From the NCBI GenBank assembly GCA_008690995.1, contig VRMN01000002.1:744001-808000 (forward strand): DNA of 64,000 nucleotides, in the 5' to 3' direction. The stretch comes from Porphyridium purpureum. Taxonomy: Eukaryota. Of the stretch, positions 54,744 to 64,000 are shown in pieces. Position numbers and translations under genes: made by a program. The stretch's first letter is position 1. Each line of letters begins with the position of its first letter. Below the pieces are notes generated by a model, which saw nothing but the letters and a program-made list of their open reading frames with translations, did no database searches and was not told the origin of the DNA.

Positions 54744-55887
54744 ATGGCAGACGCCCAGCCCTTCTATTCGCATCAGAACCTCGCGTTCCAGGCGCAAGGG
54801 TCGCCTGGGTCGTTCTGTGGCGTTGCCGGTGGTGGAAAGGCGTTGATGTGTTCGACAACCGCAAACCGACTTGGTTCAGCCACATCCACGCGATGTCGCG
54901 CACGTGTAGCAGGGAAAGCAGGTGAAGGGGCGTCTGTGGAACGTTCAGAGGAAGGGCAGGCAGACTTGCAGCGTCTCGTGGCCGACTTTCCCAAGCTTTA
55001 CGACGCATGGTTTGACGGACAGTTGAAGCGCCTGCTGACGGAGAGTGTGATGCGCGCACAGGATCAGGGCATACGTGGAATGGAGGTGAGCTTTCCGGCG
55101 GTCCCAAATTTGGACGAAATCGACTTTGGTACCGCGACGAACCAGAAGTTTGCCGAAATGCTTGCCGGCGATGAGTTGATGACTGGGTATCGCAAAGTGC
55201 GCAAGTACTTGCTTGCGTATGCGAACGTTTTTTGGGCGCTGCAAGTGACTCAAACAGCACTGAAGCCGGAAGAAACCGCCATTATTCTCAGTACGGATGG
55301 CGTTGATAAATCTGACCTCACCACCGTGCCGCCAAACGTACGAGTCATGTCGCTGACCGCCGCGGCTAAGCTCGGAGGACCACTTTCCGAAGATATGGTC
55401 ATTATGGTAGACCCTCGGAGCACAGAAACCTGGAAACAGGTCGACAAGCTTACAAAGCCGGGCGCGCGCGTGATTTTCATGAACTCGAGTTTCAACGAGG
55501 TACGTTGGGCAGGACTTTTTTCGTGCCATTGTGCCTTCTTCTCTTGGTTTCCTGCATTGGACCAGTTTTGTGTTCTAACACGACTTGCTTCCTTGTTTCT
55601 GTTCTGCCTCGCCTTCCTTTCAGACCTATGGTCTTACCGGTCCACTGAAAGAGCTCGAGCCGGTGTTATTCATGCGGCGAATCTCCAAAGGCTGGATCTT
55701 CCGCTCCTACCCATCGACATGGGTCGCAATTCTGGAGCTCCCGGATGGCTCGATCGAAGCCCTGAAAGACATGGGTACGCAGACGCCTGTGCTCGGAAAG
55801 ACCGCGGCAATTGTTCGCGACGAGTCGTTCAAGCGGTTCGGTATATTTAATGACAGGTATGCGAAGGGCTTTGGAGCGCGCTTGTAG
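54744..55887 (+). CDS. DUF1995 (LPA3-like) plastid protein, two exons (54744-55499, 55624-55887)
   Basis: MEVSFPAVPNLDEIDFGT in exon 1 and GWIFRSYPSTW in exon 2; two track ORFs join in frame across a GT-AG intron. Confidence 0.8.
55500..55623 (+). other. Spliceosomal intron, 124 nt, phase 0
   Basis: Donor GAG|GTACGT, branch CTAAC at 55575-55579, pyrimidine tract, acceptor TTTCAG|ACC; splicing gives ...SSFNE|TYGLTG... Confidence 0.85.
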
Positions 55888-55901
55888 ATTGACAAGTAAA
55901 C

Positions 55902-56324
55902 ATGGATAACGGCGCCGCCGGCATGGACGCAAACAGCGAGTTTGAGGCGGGGCCCAGTTTTGTCGTAGAGGACTCTGCTGCGGCGCCGAATGCGCCGTCC
56001 TCCTCAACACGCGTTGAAGAGGCATGGACACCGTGGTCCGTCAAGGCAAGCGACGGACGGAGATACACCGTTGAGCCGGCGCACGGAAGTGACCCCACAA
56101 AGTCCGGCGGTGTGCTGATTCCAGAAGGCGGCTTTATTGAGACACAGTTCAAGAAGAAGCCGCAAGCGCGCCCGTGTAATCCGCAGGTGGAGGAACTGAT
56201 GGTTGCCCTGGTCGAAGATTGGCCTCGAATAGGTACTTCGCTCGGCGGGATATTTCGTTGCTTCCGAGAGCAACGACGCTTAAGGCAGCAGGGCAGCGAT
56301 GGCAGCGACAATAATCCGCCTTAA
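55902..56324 (+). CDS. Hypothetical 140-aa protein
   Basis: ATG in strong context (AAACATGG) 14 nt after the upstream stop; ORF fills the gap to TenA. Confidence 0.5.
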   Translation: MDNGAAGMDANSEFEAGPSFVVEDSAAAPNAPSSSTRVEEAWTPWSVKASDGRRYTVEPAHGSDPTKSGGVLIPEGGFIETQFKKKPQARPCNPQVEELMVALVEDWPRIGTSLGGIFRCFREQRRLRQQGSDGSDNNPP

Positions 56325-56404
56325 TATGCACTCGCTCCGGCGGCAAAGCGTTGGGGGAAGAGTTCCGGAACGATCCAGTAGACCAACCTGCACAGCTTAG
56401 ATCT

Positions 56405-57052
56405 TCATTCTAAAGCCATGGACCAGAACGCATCTTCAAGAAGTAGAACGCCTCGAATCAACCCTTGAACGTTGCCAAGCTGCGCTGGCGAGCTACTGCT
56501 TTCAGAACTTGAGCGCTGTGGAAGGGTCTCCAAGGCATTCTTTGCTGTGCGGTCGAGTGCGGCAACGTACTCTGAAAAGGCATGATTTGCCCAGCGCTCG
56601 ACCCACTCCTTGTACGGTGAATGGGCGTCCCGACACGAGGACCACGCTTGGTTGTACACGTTCTCGATCGCCCAGAAAACGCTGATGAGCTCGGGCCACG
56701 TGAGACTAGTCGCCCACACACGAAGCTGCGTTGTGTATTGTTCTGTCGCTTTCAATGGCGTCGCGTCGCGAAAGGCGAGGCCACGTTCATCCAGCGCGCG
56801 TTCAAAGTGCTCGATCTCGTCGGTCAGCGCGCCGATACCCGCTAAGAGAAGCTTCACATCGGACATGTTTGGCGCGCGTGACAGCACACTGCCCGCAAAA
56901 CGAACAAACTGCTGCACAAATAAGTAGTCTTGCACAAGCCATCGCTCAAACTGCGCTGGGTCAATCGTGCCGCTGCGCACTGCAACAAGAAACGGATGAC
57001 TGACGGCAGCTCGATCCCATTCTTTCTCCAGCCCTATCTTCAACGAATCCAT
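56405..57052 (-). CDS. TenA/THI-4/PQQC family thiamine salvage protein (TenA_E-like)
   Basis: HPFL, FERWLVQDYLFV, EIEHF, FWAIENVYNQAW, ERWAN..F, LEDAFWSMA. Confidence 0.9.
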   Translation of the reverse strand: MDSLKIGLEKEWDRAAVSHPFLVAVRSGTIDPAQFERWLVQDYLFVQQFVRFAGSVLSRAPNMSDVKLLLAGIGALTDEIEHFERALDERGLAFRDATPLKATEQYTTQLRVWATSLTWPELISVFWAIENVYNQAWSSCRDAHSPYKEWVERWANHAFSEYVAALDRTAKNALETLPQRSSSESSSSPAQLGNVQGLIRGVLLLEDAFWSMALE

Positions 57053-57197
57053 GCCCGTTTCTCTGTTTACTCCTCAACCTAAACCAGTCTAAATGATGTG
57101 CCAGTTTATACAAAGCAACACGGATCCTAGTGCGTCAAAAAGGAGCGCCACAAACGGGAACGAAGGAGCAATGGAAGGGGATTTGGAGGAGTTCTGA

Positions 57198-58217
57198 TCA
57201 TCTAAGGTCCACCTCCAACAGTTTCTCAGCCATGGCCAGTTGTACCTGCGTCAGCTTGGCACAGTACATGACCATCAGGTGATCCCGAAGCGAGTCGCTG
57301 ATCATTTTCTCAAACTCGATGGGATTCACAAGCGGCACGCTGGCAAGCGTCTCAGCCAGACAACGTCCGACCTTGATGTCGCCCTTGTCCTGCCCAGAAA
57401 CCACACGGTCTACAGACTCGCCCACAATTTCCACCAACTCCCGAAGGCGGACAAGAGAGCGCTCGAGGTTCTCGACCTCAGTCGGCATGGCGTACTTTTT
57501 ACGCAGGCGGCGCAGCTTTCTAGACTCTGCGGTTGTCTGGTGGTCGGTTTGGAAAAATGACGGGACACTTTCGGCAGCAAGCACGGCGTTTGCCTCCTCT
57601 TCTTCGTCATCTTCTTCGTCGTCGTCATCGTCATCAGCGTCCTCGCCCAGCGCTTCGCGGCGCTTCAGATCCGTAGACAGCGCGTCGAGACCGACTTTTT
57701 CGCTGCTGGAAACTTCTAGCAGCACGGGCACCTGTCTAAACTCTGACGACAGGGGCATTTCATTAATACTACAAGCGGTCGTGACGAACGCCACGGGGTG
57801 GAAGTTGTCACCCTCTAGGTCGGCGTCGACCAGCAAGTGCACAGGGCACGCGCAGCTTCTGCCAAAGAACTCATGGAAGACAACAGAGTTGGCGTCAGTC
57901 ACGCGGCCCGTGCCATACCAACCAACAATCTGCTCGTTCGGTGACACTTTCGAGTGCAGGTCAAGCATGGTCGCAAAGTACTCGTCATCGAGCGCCGCCT
58001 CGCCGTTCGGCTCCGAATGGGGAACCGGGAACGCCGAGCGCACGTCTACGGAGAAATCATCGTGCAGAGTCCCGATCAGCGCGCCGATCACGCGGTGGTT
58101 TGTCTCAGGTCTGCGGATAAAGTGGTCCAGCACGCTGAACAGCACGACCGGCGACACGCGCACGCATTTCACGTCGTAGCCTTCTCCGCCCAAAAAGATA
58201 TCCGTGGTGTCGTCCAT
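57198..58217 (-). CDS. eIF3f: Eukaryotic translation initiation factor 3 subunit F (MPN domain)
   Basis: PVVLFSVLDHFIRR, RVIGALIG, FPVPHSE, EQIVGWY, SLRDHLMVMYCAKLTQVQLAMAEKL; acidic insertion. Confidence 0.9.
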   Translation of the reverse strand: MDDTTDIFLGGEGYDVKCVRVSPVVLFSVLDHFIRRPETNHRVIGALIGTLHDDFSVDVRSAFPVPHSEPNGEAALDDEYFATMLDLHSKVSPNEQIVGWYGTGRVTDANSVVFHEFFGRSCACPVHLLVDADLEGDNFHPVAFVTTACSINEMPLSSEFRQVPVLLEVSSSEKVGLDALSTDLKRREALGEDADDDDDDEEDDEEEEANAVLAAESVPSFFQTDHQTTAESRKLRRLRKKYAMPTEVENLERSLVRLRELVEIVGESVDRVVSGQDKGDIKVGRCLAETLASVPLVNPIEFEKMISDSLRDHLMVMYCAKLTQVQLAMAEKLLEVDLR

Positions 58218-58527
58218 ATTGGGCTCCGACCGTTCGCTCTGCCCGCCGCCGCCACAAAGCCGAGCGCAGTTTCTCCCCGTTCGTGATGTGCCGCTCGCCC
58301 GTCGCGCTCCTAACCAGCGGTGGTCTGCGCACAGCCTCTCTTCCTGGCGCGCGGTGTCAAAGAGACGACCGCCGCGCCGCGAGACACCTTTGTACTAGAT
58401 TGTCGATTTCTAGTGGAGACAGTGGCAATCCATAACAAATTCCATTCGATTTACTATTTAATAGCTGCCCCTTAGGTACAGTGAGTACAGCGAACGCTCG
58501 AGTGAGTTCGGAGCGGTGCGCGCGTGC

Positions 58528-60405
58528 TTAGACAAGCGCCTTGGACCTATACAGCTTGGAGATATCGTCCGACTTGTTCGCCACCACACCCATGTCGCGG
58601 AGAATGCCGTCGCCTACGCCGTACACGACGCCTTGCACCTCGACGTTCTGGCCACGGTCCCAAGCCTCCTGGATGATGCTCGTGGAGCACACGTTGTGCA
58701 CCTGCTCCAGCACGTTCAACTCAATCAGACGCGACAGCTCCTCCTCTGCGTCCTTGCACTGCGACAGCTCGGCCTGGTGCCAGCGGCGCACGTCGCGCAC
58801 GTGGCGCAGCCAGTTGTCGATCAGACCCAGGCGCGCGTCGCCCAGCGAGGCGTTGCAGCCACCGCAGTTGTAGTGGCCGCAGACCACAACCTTCTTGACC
58901 TTGAGGTACTCGACGGCGTACTGCAGCACCGACAGGAAGGACATGTCGCTGTGGATGGCCATGTTGGCAATGTTGCGGTGCACAAACACAGCGCCCGGAG
59001 GCATGTCGAGCAATTGGTTGGCTGGCACGCGGGAGTCGGAGCAACCAATCCAGAGGATTTCTGGCGCCTGGCTTGTGGCGTTCTTCATAAAGTAGTCCTT
59101 GTCCTTGGCGATCATCGCCTTGCGCCACTGCTCGTTCATTTGGAAGTACTTGTCGGTACCCGCGGCGAGGTCACCAGCCTTCTGCGAGTAGATCTTGTCG
59201 TACATTGCCGCGAACTGGTTGGTCAGTCGGCCTTCAGACAGCGCAAGAATCGGCGTATCGGCAATGACCTCGCTCACCTTTGAAGTGGGTGACAGCGTGC
59301 GGTACACTGGTGGCACGTCATCCAAGCTGTTGGCAACCACTCCGATGTCGCTCAGCTTGCCGTTCGCCACCTGGTAGACGACACCCTGCACAATCAACTC
59401 CTGTCCGGCGTCCCAAGCATCCTGAACGATTGTTGTGCTCACGACCGAATGGACGCTCTCGAGCACATTCAACTCAATCAGGCGGTTCAGTTCCTCATCC
59501 TTCGACTTGCACTCAGACAGAGCCTTGGCGTTGTTGCGGCGCACGTCGCGAATGTGGCGCAGCCAGTTGTCGATCAGGCCGAGGCGGTCGGAGCCCAGAC
59601 CGGCCTTGCAGCCACCGCAGTTGTAGTGACCGCAAACCATAATCCTCTTGACTTTCAGATACTGGACGGCGTACTGGAGGACAGAAAGGAACGAAATGTC
59701 AGTGTGGTTGCACACGTTGGCAATGTTACGATGCACGAAAACCTCACCAGGGCCCAAGTTCAGCAGCTCGTTGGCAGGTACGCGCGAGTCGGAGCAACCA
59801 ATCCAGAGAATTTCTGGGGTCTGGCCAGACGCAAGGCGGCTGAAGAATTCTGGATCCTGCTCGAGCATCGCCTCCCGCCACGCAATGTTGTTGGCAAACA
59901 TAGAGTCTCGGCCCGGCGGCGCGGCGCCCACTGGGCGGGACATCAGATCCTCCTCGAGCTTCTTGAACTGCTCATCCAAGTCACTGCCTACGCCCATGCC
60001 ACTTGTCAGCTTAACGAGCGTCGGCGCCGATGGGTCGCGTGCCCGCACACGCTGCGAAAATTCGCGCTCCATGGTCGAGTCCTGGGTAACCACCCTCGGC
60101 GGAGCTCCCATCTGAGCCGGTGGCTGATCTGTGACATCCTTCTTTGACGTCGCCTTGCCGATCACCATGGCTGGAATCAAGCCGAGTGCCACACCGAACA
60201 CGCCCGCAATGAGGCCAGCGTTCATGGAGACATCGCCCTTTCGCACGGAGCCCGGGGCCGCACCCACCACGCGGCGGCTTTGCGCGACAGCAGCACCGGC
60301 GCCTACGCTCGGGCGCGACACAAACGAGGACTGCCTGTTCACCACGCCCGTGCACTTTGCGCATGGCGGGCACCCCGAGGGCGCCAGCACAAACCCAGTC
60401 GTCAT
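58528..60405 (-). CDS. Beta-carbonic anhydrase with two tandem catalytic domains, transit peptide and TM helix
   Basis: Two copies each of WIGCSDSRVP, FVHRNIAN and CGHYNCGG (Cys/His/Cys Zn ligands); hydrophobic AGLIAGVFGVALGLIPAMVI segment. Confidence 0.96.
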   Translation of the reverse strand: MTTGFVLAPSGCPPCAKCTGVVNRQSSFVSRPSVGAGAAVAQSRRVVGAAPGSVRKGDVSMNAGLIAGVFGVALGLIPAMVIGKATSKKDVTDQPPAQMGAPPRVVTQDSTMEREFSQRVRARDPSAPTLVKLTSGMGVGSDLDEQFKKLEEDLMSRPVGAAPPGRDSMFANNIAWREAMLEQDPEFFSRLASGQTPEILWIGCSDSRVPANELLNLGPGEVFVHRNIANVCNHTDISFLSVLQYAVQYLKVKRIMVCGHYNCGGCKAGLGSDRLGLIDNWLRHIRDVRRNNAKALSECKSKDEELNRLIELNVLESVHSVVSTTIVQDAWDAGQELIVQGVVYQVANGKLSDIGVVANSLDDVPPVYRTLSPTSKVSEVIADTPILALSEGRLTNQFAAMYDKIYSQKAGDLAAGTDKYFQMNEQWRKAMIAKDKDYFMKNATSQAPEILWIGCSDSRVPANQLLDMPPGAVFVHRNIANMAIHSDMSFLSVLQYAVEYLKVKKVVVCGHYNCGGCNASLGDARLGLIDNWLRHVRDVRRWHQAELSQCKDAEEELSRLIELNVLEQVHNVCSTSIIQEAWDRGQNVEVQGVVYGVGDGILRDMGVVANKSDDISKLYRSKALV

Positions 60406-61339
60406 ATTTTTCAGAGGAAAGCAGCGGCCCTTGTCCCTTGCTAAACTTGGCGCCCTACTGCCCTGCCTCGCCCCTTCTCTGCCTCGTGTCTTGCCTGCTT
60501 CTGTGCCTTCATCTCCTTGCCATTGGACGAGACGAATGGGAAGCCACTCTTATACCCAGCCACATGTGAGATCAGCCGTTTCACACAGCCACAAAATCGA
60601 GATTGTACGTCAATGCCATGATGCAATCTGCTCGGCTCTTAATTCTGTTTGCGCTTGCCATCTCATACAAAGAAAAAAACACCAAAAAACAAAACGCACA
60701 CGCAAATGGAAGTGATGGGAGCTGCTCGGCTCTATAAAAAGAAGCCCGTTTGGCTACGAACGATGTACTGTCAAGACTGTACCTCGTGCATCCGCACACA
60801 CACACACGCCCTCCGCTCTGCCTCCTACTCGAACCACAACGAGCGACTGCGGCTGCGGCTGCGGCTGCTGCTGCCGCTTCGTACTGAGGATGACATGGCT
60901 TTTGCAGGATGGACAGCGATAGCAGCCGGCGCAGGTGCGACGGAAGCGTCAGAAAAGGGGGGCTGGGCGATCCCATTTTGTCGTGAGGGCATGGTGAAGA
61001 AGGACCGAGGGCGCGTGTTGTGGTGCTGCGTGGGTGCATGCTTTTGGGGTCTCGCAGTCTGAAGATGGCAAGGTACAGTGAAACGGCTCTGACCGTACCT
61101 CGCACACAGACCGTTTCACCTGGCGTGCCGACGTGCGTGGATGGCCAGAAACTCGCCGGCCCGGCCTGCTTTGTCGAATTCTGCTGCTGCCCAAACGCAG
61201 GCGAGCGCGATGGCATTGCATTCGGCTCACCGCGCTCTTTGCACGAAGCGGTGTCATGATGACTCTTGATTGAGGCGCACTTCGATCAAGTCGCGTCAAT
61301 GGCACGAGCGCTTGCAGTGTCTTTGCGCGCGCGTACGCG

Positions 61340-61342
61340 TGC

Positions 61343-61375
<33 letters not shown>
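61340..61375. repeat. (GT)n microsatellite
   Basis: Seen directly. Confidence 0.9.
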
Positions 61376-61640
61376 ACGAGTCACGGCCCTGGCCGCAAGC
61401 TTTCTTTGCGGCGGATGTCGGAATGACGGCGCTGCTCGCAATCTGACGTTTCCCGAATCTCTCAGAGTCTGCTCCGCTCAAGCTCAGTGTGCGCAAGCCC
61501 TTGCAGCGCTTCAGGCAGAAGCTCCCGCAATCTCTCGGCACGCGTGCGAAGCGGCGCCATCCACAGACGCGAGCAGCGTGCCGTTTCGGTGATTGGAACG
61601 TTGCAAAAAACCCATTCCATGTGAACCAAAGAGACGTAGT

Positions 61641-62108
61641 TTACTTGTCCTTCTTGGTGTCCTTGCTCGCTGACTTGGCGGGCGCGGTCGATCGCATGGG
61701 TCGCGTGCGCTCGACACGGAGCATCACGAGCACGATCAGGACCGCTTGATGCAGCACAATCTGCATCGCATAGTATTTGAACAAGAAGTGGTCCTTTGGC
61801 AAAAGCCATGTCACATAGCTACGCACCAGAAAGTAGGCCACGTACGCTTGCTCCATCACCATGGCGAAAATCTCGAACACTTGTGTGCGCAAATACTTCT
61901 TGTCATCCGGGCGCACCGAATCAATGTCCTTGCAGAACGCCGCACAGATCCCCAAAATAGCCGCAAAGCCTTGCGCAACGTACAGATTCCATACCTTGTA
62001 CCGGAAGAAATCCTCATCGAACATCCTATCGCTGAACGCCAAGGCGCCCAGCACCAACTGTGCCATGGCCGAAAAGAACAGCACTTCGGGTGTCTGCACG
62101 CCCGCCAT
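61641..62108 (-). CDS. Hypothetical small multi-pass membrane protein with Lys-rich C-terminus (possible ER retrieval signal)
   Basis: About four hydrophobic segments; ends KDTKKDK. Confidence 0.65.
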   Translation of the reverse strand: MAGVQTPEVLFFSAMAQLVLGALAFSDRMFDEDFFRYKVWNLYVAQGFAAILGICAAFCKDIDSVRPDDKKYLRTQVFEIFAMVMEQAYVAYFLVRSYVTWLLPKDHFLFKYYAMQIVLHQAVLIVLVMLRVERTRPMRSTAPAKSASKDTKKDK

Positions 62109-62471
62109 GCCGACAACCCGTGTACGCCAAACCTCCTACCCGACTCGTAAATTTTACGCACAAGCTCGTCGACACGAGTAGACGCTCGGCTCCAACTAGG
62201 GCCCGCCGCCAATCTCAGCGACCGTAACCCAGGGCGTACTAGAGTGCGCTCCGATCCCGTCTTCCACCCACGCCCATCACAAGTTAACGCCTATGCCCGC
62301 CTGCGCGCGCGCGTCCAGCTCTTTCAGCCTTGCGGTGCACTGTACTTAGACGTACAGTCAATTTGTACAGTTAGACGGTACACTCGGACGCGGGTTGCTT
62401 TCGCGTCTGCACAAGGCAGGCAGGCGGCGCTCGGTGAGAGCTGAGAAGGGCTATGTCTTGCTCGGCAGACG

Positions 62472-63836
62472 ATGAACGTGTACCGAGGAACAAGGGACAC
62501 GCTGCGCGTGCTGCGCGCGCGCGCGTCTAGTACGCACGTGTACTGGGTCCTGGAGCCTGCCGAGAGAGCAGGGCGCGGGCTTCTTGGTCCCGAATGGAAT
62601 CGTGCGCGTGGCTTGGTCGGGCACACGCAGTGCGAAAGAAGTGCGTCGATGGTCGTGACATCTCGAGATCGGCGGACGGAAGGCGATCATCAAGGTTTTT
62701 TGTCAGCTATCCGTCGCCGTAGGCATGAAAGTGGTTGCCTAGGCGCAGCGGACAGCCGTTGGGGTAGAAGGAATATTAGCACCAATCGCACCAGCAGCAG
62801 TCCTTCTAGCCCTGACGGCACGGATTCAGGTACTACCTGGACAACGATTGGCAAGGACCAAATGCTGCCGTATGACTTGCCACTTATAGAAACTCCAACT
62901 CCTGGTGAGGGAAGCGAGAGTGATTCAAAGGTGTACTCCACGCGTGAGATGAAGGAAAAGTTCGTGAGGACAAAGCAGGGGCTTTTCCTGCGCGACAAGG
63001 CGATCGATGACGAGTATTTGCACAAGTATACCCGAAGCATGAGACGCAAGGGCTTCCAGCTTGCAGATTACGCAACCAATCCTCGGCGCGGAAGGTGGAA
63101 AGTGGATCACCCGAAAGTCGCAGTCGCGCGCCAGATGCAAATTCAGTATTCGCCCAAGAAAATGAACTATGTGTGCATGCTGATCCGGCGAAGACCTGTT
63201 GATTTTGCTTTAGCACAGCTTTCGGTGCTGAACAAAAAGGGATCGCCGTGGGTGCGCAAGGCACTTATTCGTGCGAAGGCCACCGCCTTGTTCACCAAGA
63301 AATTGAAGCGCGACCGGCTCATTGTGAGCGAGTGCTGGGTCACCAAGGGTCAGTATGGCAAGAAGCTCGTCTACCACGGGAAAGGTCGAGCTGGGCGAGC
63401 GTATGAGTACTATTGCCATGTGACAGTGGTCGTACGCGAGCTCGATGAATATGAGTGGAACAAACTGTTCGTGCCCCCGAAGCCATTTGGCCAAATGCGC
63501 CCGAGCAGTGAGCCTCGCGCGAAGTTGACGCGACCCCTGCCTAAAGTGTGGCTTGTCCAGTCACAGCTGGAGGCAACTGTGCGTGAAGGCTTCCAAGAGT
63601 TCTTTGGGGATAACAAGTACTTACAGCTCTACAACTCACATCGACATCCGAACGCGCCTACTTTCAACTCGAAACGACTTCGCAAGAAAGGCCCGAAGCC
63701 CGCAAAGTCGACAAAGGTGAGAATCGGCCCACCGAAGCCTGTCAAGTTTGTCAAGGTGCGCAGAGAAAAACGGCAGAAGAGCGAGGCGTGGGAACGGTGG
63801 GTCAAGATGCGGGAGAAGGTGAAAGCGAAGATGTAG
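62472..63836 (+). CDS. Mitochondrial ribosomal protein uL22 with long extensions
   Basis: IQYSPKKMNYVCMLIR...ALAQL...LIVSECWVTKG...HGKGRAG....YCHVTVVVRE. Confidence 0.85.
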   Translation: MNVYRGTRDTLRVLRARASSTHVYWVLEPAERAGRGLLGPEWNRARGLVGHTQCERSASMVVTSRDRRTEGDHQGFLSAIRRRRHESGCLGAADSRWGRRNISTNRTSSSPSSPDGTDSGTTWTTIGKDQMLPYDLPLIETPTPGEGSESDSKVYSTREMKEKFVRTKQGLFLRDKAIDDEYLHKYTRSMRRKGFQLADYATNPRRGRWKVDHPKVAVARQMQIQYSPKKMNYVCMLIRRRPVDFALAQLSVLNKKGSPWVRKALIRAKATALFTKKLKRDRLIVSECWVTKGQYGKKLVYHGKGRAGRAYEYYCHVTVVVRELDEYEWNKLFVPPKPFGQMRPSSEPRAKLTRPLPKVWLVQSQLEATVREGFQEFFGDNKYLQLYNSHRHPNAPTFNSKRLRKKGPKPAKSTKVRIGPPKPVKFVKVRREKRQKSEAWERWVKMREKVKAKM

Positions 63837-64000
63837 CTGAAGGAACTGAAGTCGCATGCGCGAATTCATGTGTTTTAAATCCCGAAACGCACATCTCATG
63901 AACCACTTCAAACTTTTTTCTTAAAGACGCGGGCTTCGAAGGCGCGCTTGCACACCTCGACTCCAGACCTTTGTGCGCGCCTAAATTAGTACCTTGATTC

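Noticed and set aside
61251..61305. SECIS element or box C/D snoRNA reading of the hairpin (contains ATGATGA)
   Set aside because: No matching 3' GA quartet or apical AA, no terminal CTGA box D at a suitable distance, and no selenoprotein ORF adjacent.

Overview
Gene-dense, GC-rich, almost intron-free eukaryotic nuclear DNA from a red alga, most likely Porphyridium or a close relative. This is inferred from the MAFV/MAAFV-type plastid transit peptides, a nuclear-encoded plastid sigma factor and a two-domain beta-carbonic anhydrase of the Porphyridium type. About 43 protein-coding genes are supported, mostly housekeeping or plastid genes (MiaB, presenilin, MED31, LSG1, SNAP25-like, FAD synthase, MCEE, RHL1, GalE, MLH1, sigma70, uL15c, uL22m, eIF3f, TenA and others). 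One clear GT-AG intron is visible. I recognised no tRNA, rRNA, CRISPR array or transposon. Most interesting observations: (1) a plastid type-II peroxiredoxin lacking its usual second Cys but carrying a CP12-like two-Cys tail; (2) a pyrophosphatase fused to a catalytically eroded FBPase domain; (3) GTAC(A) motifs clustered upstream of many genes, including an 18-copy array with exact 10-bp phasing; (4) a NUMOD3-repeat protein with two Sld2/RecQ4-N-like modules; (5) a G-U-rich ~145-nt hairpin upstream of the carbonic anhydrase; (6) same-strand gene pairs only 14-44 nt apart (candidate bicistrons); (7) an MsrB pseudoenzyme; (8) a degenerate telomere-like array. All family calls come from recalled motifs, not database searches. 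Starts were moved to the most plausible ATG where the ORF track began at GTG/TTG.
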